Made by a program: the position numbers and the translations under genes. The notes beneath the pieces were generated by a model, which ran no database searches, was not told the DNA's origin, and saw only the letters and a list, made by a program, of their open reading frames with translations. Below, piece by piece: positions 39,050 through 49,500 of a DNA stretch of 64,000 nucleotides. The stretch's first letter is position 1; each line of letters opens with the position of its first letter. The stretch covers positions 9,307,979 through 9,371,978 of the forward strand of contig CAJINV010000003.1 of the NCBI GenBank assembly GCA_905178155.1, read 5' to 3'. The stretch comes from Amoebophrya sp. A120. Lineage: Eukaryota > Protista > Dinoflagellata.

Positions 39050-41850
39050 GGGCGGCAGGAAAGAACGGAAAGCAGCGACCGCCGTAGCCACCTATCTCAC
39101 TGCGGCGCCATCGATCAGGCGCCGCGTGTGACAAAGTCGCCGCGCGAGGCGTTGCGGCCTTTCCCGATGTACGGGAGCCGGCAAACTTCTGTGGGCATTT
39201 ACCTACTTGACCCGCCCCGGATGGCGACTTGTAGCGCTCCGCCCGCCCGGATGGCAATTCTTTGACATTCCGCGCCCGGATGGCGGTTTTTGGCTGTAGC
39301 CGTAGCGCGGCCCGCGGGCCCGCCGAGCCCCGCGAAAGCATAGCACCCGCAGCCCGCGCAGAAGGGTGGTCGCGGTCGCCCGACCGCGAACACGCGAGGG
39401 CCGGGGGGTCCCCAAAGCCGCGCGTCGGAGCAACACCCCGCGGCCGGGCGTAGGCGATCTTGGTCACTGCACCCCGCGCCCCGCGGCGGACCGGGCGACG
39501 AGGCGCAACAAGTCCTACGAACCTAGATGCGGCAAAACCAAGGCGCCGCGCGCCTCCGCCGATAGCGAGGGGTGGGCTGGAAATCAAGCACCGACCGGCG
39601 CGCGAATGCGTTTGGAGCAGTGAGCTTTTTATGCTGCTCATCCGGATCGAGCTACGCGCCCGATCCCGGCCGGGCCCGGACGCTAGGCAGCCAGCGGCTT
39701 TGCGTCCGGCATGGTCCTGCGCATCTTGCGACTTGCATCGCGATAGTCTGTTGCGCGGCTTCTGGGCTAGGCGTCCTAGCTCTCCGGAGATCCCCCGCGC
39801 AGCCCGTGTTTCCGGGCGCGCATTAGCCCGCTGGCCGGACCCTGTTCCGGCTGTTTACTGGAGCCATCTAAGTGCGATCACCCCCCCAGAATCGATGGTG
39901 GGAGCCCGCGAAGCCCGGGCCCCGGAGTTCGTGCGGCCAGCGGCTGCGAGGGCCGGCGATGCGCGATCGCGAGGGCCTATGGGGGCCCCTTCTTGGCACA
40001 TTTGAACGCGTTCTCTAACAGCGCATCTGTTGACTGATTTTCCCCAGTGGATCCTTTGGGTTTTGAGGGTTTGAAAGTTGTTAAAAATTTTCCACTATGC
40101 AATCACCTTGGAAATGTAGGGAGCGGTGTCGTTTCTGACTGCCTGTGAATGTTTATGCTTCTTTTTTTTTTACGATGGCCGCGGAGTGCAAAACTGTAAC
40201 ACTTCACCAAAATCCAAAAAAAACCGAAAAAAAAAATGAGACAGCAAATAGGAATCACGATACTTGCTGCGTTACTTAATAAATCCAACAAAATAGAAGC
40301 AATTCCTTGATTGCTGTTTGTGCTGGTTGTGTTTCTATTGTGAAACCTTAAATCTGTGGATTTTTTTCATTCTGGAAAGAATTTAAAAATTCTTTTCTTT
40401 TCATATAGTGTGAATCTTTCATGCTTACACATGAAAAGAAGAGAACAAATAAGCCTCACAATAGGAGTTGTAGGTAGATATTAATTGCATAACAAAAATA
40501 AAGGATGCTGTGCGGACTTTTCTAACCGCAGAAATTTCCAAAAAAATATTCAAAAAAATTTTATCTGCGTGCAATTCTGTAAGATTAAAAAATCAATGCA
40601 ATAAAATGTACAAAGCTCACACAATTGCACTGGCGCGCACTTGGATACACTTAAGCGCATCCAGTTGATCACTTTTTGAGGTAATTGAAAAAGTGAAAAA
40701 TTTTGAAAAATTCCTGATGTGGACATAGGACCTTTTTGATAGAATTTGGATTCCAGAGATGCACTATAATCAACCGCATGGCAGTCCTTTTGTACTTTGC
40801 CCATGTACGCCTATCATATGAGAATGCATTTCCTTGCATTTTGCAAAATTATTAAAAATTGGAAAAAGTTTTTGATTGGAAAAATCCATAAAATTTCAAG
40901 AATGGGCCGCCATGCCAAGCGTGTTTTGCAAAGGGCAAAGCTGATATGCAGTTGTGGCCAATTATTTTAATGCTGAGAGGACCGCTTTATTATTGTTTTT
41001 CAAAATGTGGGAACTTAACATATGCAGCCGGACGCAGGGAACTAGGCCAGTCCAGACCGCGCATCGCGGCAGGGTAGGAGGTATTTGCTCGGCAGGACAG
41101 TGCAAAGAACTTGCACAAATCGCCCGCGGGAAGAACTTTCCCGCAGGTCGGGATCCCCCGCCCAAGGCAGGGCTCCGAGAAAAGCCCCCGGCCGCGGGGC
41201 TGGCCGGGTGCAAGCCCGGCAAATCCTATGCCTTCGCAGGCCCAAAACGTCTGTAGGCCTTCGTGCACAGATGGCAGCTCTTTGGTCGTCGCGTGCCTGG
41301 ATGGCAATACTTTTATGGTCCGCGCCTCCGGAAGGCGATTTCAGGGCGGCCAGTGCATTCTAATAGTCCGCGCTCGTGCGGCGCCTGCTGCAACCCAACT
41401 TCGGGGCCGTCGCAGTGCAGCGTGCGTATGCAACCACACGGACGGAGACGGGCAACTGGCGCCGCTGCTGTGGAAGCGCGCGCGCGTCTTTTTGCGAGGC
41501 ATCCGCACCCGGGCGGCCGGCGGTCCGCCGTGCGCCCAGCGCAAGCCAGTTTCTTTAAGGGCAAGGGTGGTTGCCTCTTCCGGCGCGCGACGCGTCGGGG
41601 CCCCGCACTTCAAGTGAGCCGGCGCCTGTTTGGCCCGGTTTGTGTGCGCAAAGCAGGGGCAAAAAGTTTCCCGCGGACGGTGACCACTCACCGATAGCAA
41701 AAGCGACAATGCCGAGCGCAACAATGACGCGCCCGCAAGCCCCCGAGAGACCTCATGCTACTTCGGGGAGCCAATTTTCTTCAATTTTCCCCACGCCGAA
41801 AAAAGCTCCGGAAGCGCCACGAGCCCACTCTTGCCATGTGAAGCTAATAT
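39050..41850. promoter_or_regulatory. Divergent strand-switch region: AT-rich core (~40020-41020) between GC-rich shoulders
   Basis: Recognised genes to the left are on - and to the right on +. Core example: 19/60 GC on line 40501, with poly-dA/dT tracts. Shoulder example: 46/60 GC on line 39361. A regulatory role is inferred only. Confidence 0.5.
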
Positions 41851-42129
41851 AGGGTTGGTGGACGATGCACTTGCCGTTGTTCCGTGCAGATTTTTGCGAG
41901 AGGCGTTGATGGAAGCTTGGAGAGACACAACCGTATACAGTGCGAGAAGTAGGCGGCTTTATTTTTTGGTCCATTCCCGATCTATCTCTATTTGTATCCA
42001 CATCCTCAGCGTCGATCGGGATACGCTAGCTGATCGGTCCGTAAGCCATGTCGTTTGCAGTAGATGCTGGTCCGCAGCATTGTCTTTGAAGCGCGACGAA
42101 AATCGCGACAGTGATGGGTCAAATCGATT

Positions 42130-42873
42130 ATGAGACGCAGAGAGCACACGCACGGCGGAAGATGCAGGCAGCTATCCATCGGAGACATGAATTGTGTTGC
42201 ACAATGCGGCAGATCTGCATCTCGTTGGAAGAGGATGCTCCGCTGGAGAGGCATTGGGTGGCTGGGTACGCTGCCGAAGTCGTGCACGTTGCGCAGGAAG
42301 GGCGAAGGTCGCAAGGATCATCCGCCGCCGGAGCTTCACGACGATGCATCGGAAGAAGCCGGAATTCCGATAGGAAAGAAACGGCTTTCGCAGCAAAAGG
42401 ACGCGCGGCAAAGTGCTGGTCCCATGAAGGCAGGAGACGACGAGCAACAACAAATGCCAAACGGAGAGCAATGTCCGTCCTTGCGGCAGCAAAGTTCAGT
42501 CGAGAGATGGGGCATGTATTCGGGCCGGAGGGCTGCTTCTTCAAGATCGCAGAATCCACATGCATGCACCATCGAAGACGCAGGCCTCGCGACGAAACGA
42601 CCGGTCCGCCTTTTCAAAGACGTCAACCAAGGCGAGCGCTCAACTGTGGCAGAGAAAGCCGAACTAGGAAAACAGGAGACAAGTGGCAGACGAAGCGAGG
42701 TGCAACAACTACCGCGTCGAACTCAGTCTCGCGACTGGCATGCCTCCGATCGTTTGACACCAATAACGTGGCGGAAGATGAGATCAAATCTGTCTGCAGT
42801 ATCATTTGGGCAGAAACGCTCCGCCGTTCCGAAAAATCACGAGTCTGTGCTCGCATCATCAAGTCACATATGA
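42130..42873 (+). CDS. Possible hypothetical low-complexity protein
   Basis: 247-aa ATG ORF on the local gene strand. A competing overlapping frame exists (42111-42920) and no domain is recognised. Confidence 0.25.
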   Translation: MRRREHTHGGRCRQLSIGDMNCVAQCGRSASRWKRMLRWRGIGWLGTLPKSCTLRRKGEGRKDHPPPELHDDASEEAGIPIGKKRLSQQKDARQSAGPMKAGDDEQQQMPNGEQCPSLRQQSSVERWGMYSGRRAASSRSQNPHACTIEDAGLATKRPVRLFKDVNQGERSTVAEKAELGKQETSGRRSEVQQLPRRTQSRDWHASDRLTPITWRKMRSNLSAVSFGQKRSAVPKNHESVLASSSHI

Positions 42874-43546
42874 AAAAGAAAATCATGCTCATGCAGCAAA
42901 GGCAGATTATGCATGCATAGAAGCCTTTACCTTTAAAGGCTGCTGGTGACCGTTCAGGGGAAACACACACTGCGACTGCGTAGGTCAACGCGAAGGAAGG
43001 GTGCGTAAGCTAAGCCTTTTTCGGCATTGCGAATTTGCGATGCAAGTCACCACCTCGCAGGACTCTTTCCTTTACGAGAACTGGGCCTGGCTTGTAAAAG
43101 CGACGTGGTTCTTCGGCGGAGATTCTTTTCAAAATGATGCTGAATTTTGCGGCTTTTCGCAAAGATTGTGTATCGTGTGCAGCTTCTCGTCCGCTCGGTG
43201 GCGATGAATCTTGTCATCTTGGCACAACTATGCGGACTCCGCCTGCGACGTTCCGCGTTGGTTTCTTCGCACGACGTTCACGAAAAGATTTTCGACAAGC
43301 CGCTGCACCGGCTCGGGCGGTCTTCATGCGGAGGTAGTGCACCGCGATCTGGAAAATTTTGCTCTCCGCCGTTTTTGCGTTGTCGCCGCCGCATTGGCGG
43401 TGCCGCGATTACAAGCAGACGGACTTCTTCTACTCCTCGGGGGAAGCCGGACCATATCTCAAATCATGGTTCGGTAGAAAATGTTGAACACTGCTACTTT
43501 GGGCGTCTTGAAGCACTAAGCTACTGGATTCTTTCTTGCTGGGGGA

Positions 43547-46500
43547 TGCTGCAGTGGCTTTCATGGACCAAGCAAAGAAGGCATCGGACACAAGGGGCGA
43601 TCTGGCCGACGAACGACGCTCCGTCAAGCTCTTGGTGGAAAAGCATCGGCAGGTTACGTGGCGCACGAAATTTGGCATTGCTATTCCTAAGCAGCCTGTG
43701 GATCTTGTTCTCCTCAAAACCCACAACGTTGCTGCGGAGTGTCGCGGTGGGATTTATACCTGGCGTCGGTGCCGCGAGCACCGTGACGCTGAGTACCATA
43801 GACTGTTTCGAAGGCTTTATCGAGCACATCCAGCTGGACGGCGCGCCTTCACTACCGGTGCGTGCAAAAATTCGCGCGCAGTTCGGTATCGTGGCACCTA
43901 GTCCGACGACCGTCCGAGACCAATCGGTTGCTATCAAGCATTTGCGTTTCGAAGACGACGATGGAGATGACCGTCGCGGGATAGAGTTCGAAGGGCCGCG
44001 AGAGATGGTGAACCAGGTGCTGCGAAACCTCACGTACGAGAGGTGCGGCGGAGCTCTTTTCAGTGGGTATGATGCGGTGCTGGTCGAGTTTGGGGAAGGC
44101 CAGAGTTTGACCCAGCGCTTTGCTGTTTCCGTCGGACTTGGGCGCGACCAGGAACGGTGGCAGACTCTGGTTCCTCTGGAAGACATGTCGCCGAAAGTGG
44201 GTCCATGGACAGGCGGGACCAATATTACGCTACACATCAACACGACCCAATGGGACAACAATTGGAAGCTGTTCTGCATTTTCGGAGACCTTCGGCACCA
44301 CGACTTGAGCACGCCCGCGCAGATCACCGGGCCATCGACGGTGAATTGTGTGTCCTCGCTGATACCTTCCGTCTTCCGGAGCCGCAGCACGGAGTCGCAG
44401 TTTTTGCCCACGCTCATGGTGAGTTTGCGCTACTACCTGTTTCCCTACGAACCTTTCCAGACCAACCCGCAGCCCTTCACGCTGCACCCCCCGCTATCCT
44501 TTCCGCACGTTTACCCGCAGATAGGGTACCAGTACCAGGACAGCTACGTGTTCGCAAAGCTACGACCCGGGGCCGGGGCGGACGAGTACGAGGAGGACTG
44601 GAGCCATGTCCGAGACACACCGAACTCCGGGCTAGCCGCCAGTGCCCAGCGGGGTGAGGATGCCCTCACGTACCTGCCTTTCCCGCAGAACGCGCACTGC
44701 CAGTGGCGCGAGACATATGGAGACTCACGGTTTCTCATCACGCAGGAGGCGGTGCACGGGAACGCGACTACGGTCATCTGCCAGACCCCCGGGTTTACTA
44801 ACTCGACCACTCAGCAACTGCTGCCATTCGTACCGTATACCCTCGGCGTGGCACTTTCTGAGGGCGGGCCCTTTGTGCGCGTCTTGGAGAACTTTCACGT
44901 GCTACCGTACCTGCCCGAGATAGAGATGATTCACCCGCCGCTGGTCACACTGAGCGGAACCGCGGGCTCCACCGTCCTCAAAGTGTCTCTGTTCGAGGAC
45001 AACCTCTACAAACAGTGGTTCTCTAGTGGCCTGCCGCAGGGCCCCGTGTATGGCGAGAACGCGCAGCGGGCCGACGTGCTTGCACTGGGCGTTTCGGGCG
45101 ACCAGCTGTGGTGCCGCCTGCGGCTGAACGAGGCCGGGATGGATAGCGGCGAGGCCGTCCTGATGCCAGCGAGTGTCGTGGTGGAAACGGAGTTTCACGA
45201 GATCCTGCAGGGGGGCGCCGGGCCGGCGTTCGCGCGCTCCGATGCGGCGGAGCGGTACAAGCTCCTGTGCCTCCTACCACATGCGGAAGTCAATTTGCTG
45301 GCGTCTCGCAAAAACCAGGCGATGAGCACCGCGGCGGAACTGCTCTATCGCAATCGACAGACGCTGCAAGTGTCAGTAGATGGAGGGCAGCACTGGACCA
45401 ATTTTACAAATCGCAACGCGACCGTCAGTTTGCTGGACAGCGCTGACATTCTATCACGGGGAGACGCTCGCCCGCTCTCATTCGGGGACTAGGTATTACT
45501 GGTCGACGCACTCTGCCATTAACTCACTCCAGCACATTGCAACACATCAGAGCGACTAGGCAGGCTTCCCGCCGCGCCACTCCGCACAATCGCACGGCAA
45601 GACGGCGCCGCCGCCGGCGCACGTCCGGCCCTAGCCTCTAGAAGTGTGGCTTTAACCCGCAGCGTTGCAGCCCTATCATCGAGCGGGCCAGACCTAGCTT
45701 CAAGCGGCTCCACCCTAGTCTCTAGCAGCCCCGCCCGTGGCTGCAGCTAGCGGCCTGGCGCAAGCCCTTGCCGCCCCTCCTTCCACCTCCTAGGGACGCC
45801 ACCAGCGGCACCACCGCAGCCTACCCTACCGCAGCCCCGCCCTCGCTCCTAGCGTTCCTGCCGTAGCCTCGGGCGGTCTAGCTTTAGCCACTAGCGAACA
45901 AGCCCCAGCACCCCCTACCGGGGAAGCCTTGGCCCTCTGGCGCCGCCCCCCTCGCCCTCGCCCCGTGCGGTTGTGCCCCAACCCCTTGCGACCCCGGGTG
46001 GCCATGCTCTTCCGAAGCCCCTGGCGCCCTGGCCGCCCCTCGGCTCAAGCGGCCCGGCTCCTGCCCCGGGCGGCCTCGCCCAAGCGAGCAGCGGTCCGGC
46101 CACGACCTCTATAGGCCGCGCCTGCCGCAGGCTCTTCCTCCCGGCCTGTCTGCCTACCGCCCGGCTTGACCCTCGGCCGCCAGACTCCTCTCGGCACGGC
46201 GAAAGGGGTCGAACTGTTGCGCAGCCTGCTCTTTAAGGTTTGCAGATGCGAGGGAGTGTTGTTTGCAGATGCGAGGAAGTGTCCTCCTTTTTGATGCGGG
46301 TGTTTTTCCATTCTATACCCGCAGATGACGCACCTGGAGCCGCGTATGCGCGTGCAATCCCAGGAGTATGATGCCGTTTACTTGGAGAACGGGTCGAAGG
46401 ACTACTACCGTCAGAATTACCGCTATTACTCGGCGACTCGGCAAGCCTCATCGAAGTGGCTGCAGGAACCGGATCTGAGCGACCCTCTTTTCATCAAGGG

Positions 46501-49500
46501 CTACGGGTTCGAAAAGCTGAAAGATGCGCTTGCTGAGCGCGACTTCAACCGGGTTGGGCGGTTTCACAACGGACTGAATTGTCGGTACAGTCCCGCCGCC
46601 CGACGCGATGACCTTTTGTGCGTCTCGGAGGCGACCATCTATGAGAAGCAAAATCGCAAGAACCCGCCCCAAACCACGCATGATGGCCGATGTTTTGTTG
46701 TGCTCTGCGCCTCCCGCCAGTTTTGACATAGGTATACTGAGAGATGAAAATGGACGCACTCCGAAGCTGTGTGTCGCCACCCGTGGCAGATACTTATAGA
46801 GACCGGTAGGGGACGGGTTCAACGTCGCAAAATAGCGGCGCCCGATCCTCTAGCGCGGAGAGGTTCTGGCGGAACCAGACCGATTTGCATTTGTTTTTGC
46901 ATCAACGCACATCTATCAAAAGAAGCAACCAAACATGTTGTTTTTGAAACTCAAGGTTGCTTTGAAGCCTTAAGTAAAAGTTTTTCTTGCTTCGTTCGGT
47001 CTGATGCATCGGGGGAGATTTTCCATACGATGCCATCGTCGACGATACCACCATTCGGTGCAAGAATGCTCCTTCGATCGATTGCTTGCGCGCCCTGGAC
47101 GCGAATAGTTATGTGCTGGACTATCTTGAGGTTCGAATCCAGGAGACCGCCTTGCTGCCGCTCGCGTCCACATGTGGCAACTACCAGTGGAGCTACCTGC
47201 GGGAGAACGCAGTTCTGGGCAAAGAGGCGCAAGCTGCGGCATCGCGGGGGGAAGACTATCTGGCGTGAAGAAAATGTCCCCACCTAGTCACACATATCGT
47301 GGATTTGAAGCAACTGTGGTGCGCCTTGGCATGACAAGCGTTGGATATTCGTGCTTGAGAACTTGTCGGTAGAATCAAGAGGTGCCACGGAATGTGGGGT
47401 TACTCACTGGGTGCGCACACGGCACACTCGGAATCGTTGGGCGCCACTTTTCATAGTCATTTTGATGCCAATTGTATAACGATTGGACCTCAGACCTCAG
47501 AAGCTCTCAGAAGCTGAAGCCAATGCAAGCGGCCTACAAGGGGCGAAAAAGTTGTCGCGCTTACCCCGCCATGTTGCCGCGAAAAGTGGTTCGCATAGAG
47601 ATTTATACCACGGAATAACAGTAAGACATGTCGAGCCCTGGGCCAGCGAACAGCTGGAAACGCTACGCTGATCGGACTGATCGTTTCAGCTAGAAAAGAA
47701 AATTAGCTGCTGCAACAGATGGCCCGTGGTCGGCTGGAGCCGTCGCACATGCCGAATTGGTGTCGCCCGTCGCGGGCGGGACTGCTCGCTGTGCGTGCCA
47801 CGGCCGCGCGGTAAGCTTGCGCAGAGTGTGATACCGTGCGCACATACTGCACAAAACTGACGTGAAGCATCTGAACAACCCCCGGACGCAAGAGGCGCGC
47901 ACAGCGGAGGCGGGCCCGAGTGGTGATGAACCAGAAGGCGTAACCAGTAGGCCCGCCTCCGCTGCGCGTCCAGAGTCGCTGCGGTCCAGTACGAAGTACG
48001 TCAACTTCGGAGCGCGGTTTCAACCCTCCATGTCGTGCTGCCACCGCGTGGATCTAAATGCGCGGCCGGCGTCGAGGCGCCCCCACCCCCGAACAAGCAA
48101 TCTCTAACCCTGCGCAGCGCACCGCGCAGCCCCGGCGCGCTTCGTGTGCATTGTGCGCACCCAAACGCGCGCGTGTCTCGCCCATTGTTCTTCAGTCCTG
48201 TCATGCGGAGTGGCGTAGCATCTCGACGGCGGATGGGGACGCGTTTCGACAGAATACGGGCCGTCAGTCCGTTATACACTATGCGGAGGGGCCCGCGGAG
48301 GTGGGACGCGTGGCGCGAAACGAGGAGCTCGCCAGCGAGGAACGCATCCAGCACATGCACTGCGGTCATATCGTGCTGTCGAAAGAACCGGCTCTGTTCT
48401 TTTATCTCCTGAGACAGGGCGCCACCTGGCAGCCGGAGGCGGAGGGCGCGGACCTAGCCGGAACTATGCTGGTGTCCCGGAACGGGGGCGAGCGGGTGTC
48501 TTTCCAATTTTCCGGAATTCCAGCGACACTGCAGGGCCAGTTGCTGCGCTCACTGCAGTGCCGGTTTCGCAGGTTTCCGCGGCAGGTGACCGCCGCCGGG
48601 GGGCGCACCGTTATGGTTGAGGTCGTGCGCGAAAGCAGCGGAGCCAGCTCCAGATTCGGCTGTAAAGTGCCATCGTGGAGCGAGACAGGTGTGGCAGGTG
48701 CGGGTTCGGTGCAGCTCATTCCGCGTCCGGAGGCAGAAGACTTTGTGGGCCGGTGGTATCTGGACGTGGCACTGGATGGTGGCGTATCCGACACGTTCTA
48801 TCCCTCCTCCGGGCCGCGGGAACTGTTGGTAAAAGAAGAGCTCGCTTCGATAGAGGAGTTTGAAAGCGCGAGCACGTGGTTCGCTCCAGCATATCGCTTT
48901 GACGAGCGCCAAACGGTGCGTATCCGAGGAAAGAACTTGGGACCGCGAAATCGGTACTGCTGGCACCAGAACAGCAAGCTCGATCACGCGACCGCGGTTC
49001 CGAGCCTTCTGTGGCCGCGGGGCGATGGCAGCTTGACGTGCGATGTAACACTGCGGGAAGATTTTTCTCGGGGTGGTCTCACCGATGCGTTGGAGGCCCG
49101 CAAAGCGCCGCTGATCCAGGGCGGCTACTCGACACGAAAGCGCGACCGAAAGTTTCCTTTTCGCCGCCAGTTTGAGCCGCCGCACGACGAGTTTCAGATG
49201 GTTGTGGCAAGCGGCGACGCCAGATCCGGGGCTACTGGAAGTGCGCACGCACTGCGTCGGCCCCGTGGTTTCGAGCGGCCGGGCCGACGCGTTCCCCAAG
49301 TGAGCGCCCGCGGTGACGTGAGTTTCGCTTCGGCAGAGCGGTTCCTGCAGAGCATCCAGCGACCCTCGTCCATTTTGTCCCAAACCACGAACGCCGGGGG
49401 AGCCCTCCTTGTGAGTATCGAGGTAGACGATGCGGAGCTACTCGAGCAGACGCCTTGGTGTCGAGCCGGCTTTCCGTGGCACACCGACGGGGACAGCTGG

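Noticed and set aside
39082-39090. CCGTAGCCA (also AGCCATTTTG at ~28652) resembling the dinoflagellate spliced leader
   Set aside because: Only 9-10 nt of the 22-nt leader match, and not at a gene 5' end in sense orientation.
39036-41852. Arg/Pro/Ala/Gly-rich ORFs in the GC-rich shoulders
   Set aside because: They are open in several frames on both strands because of high GC, with no protein-like motifs.
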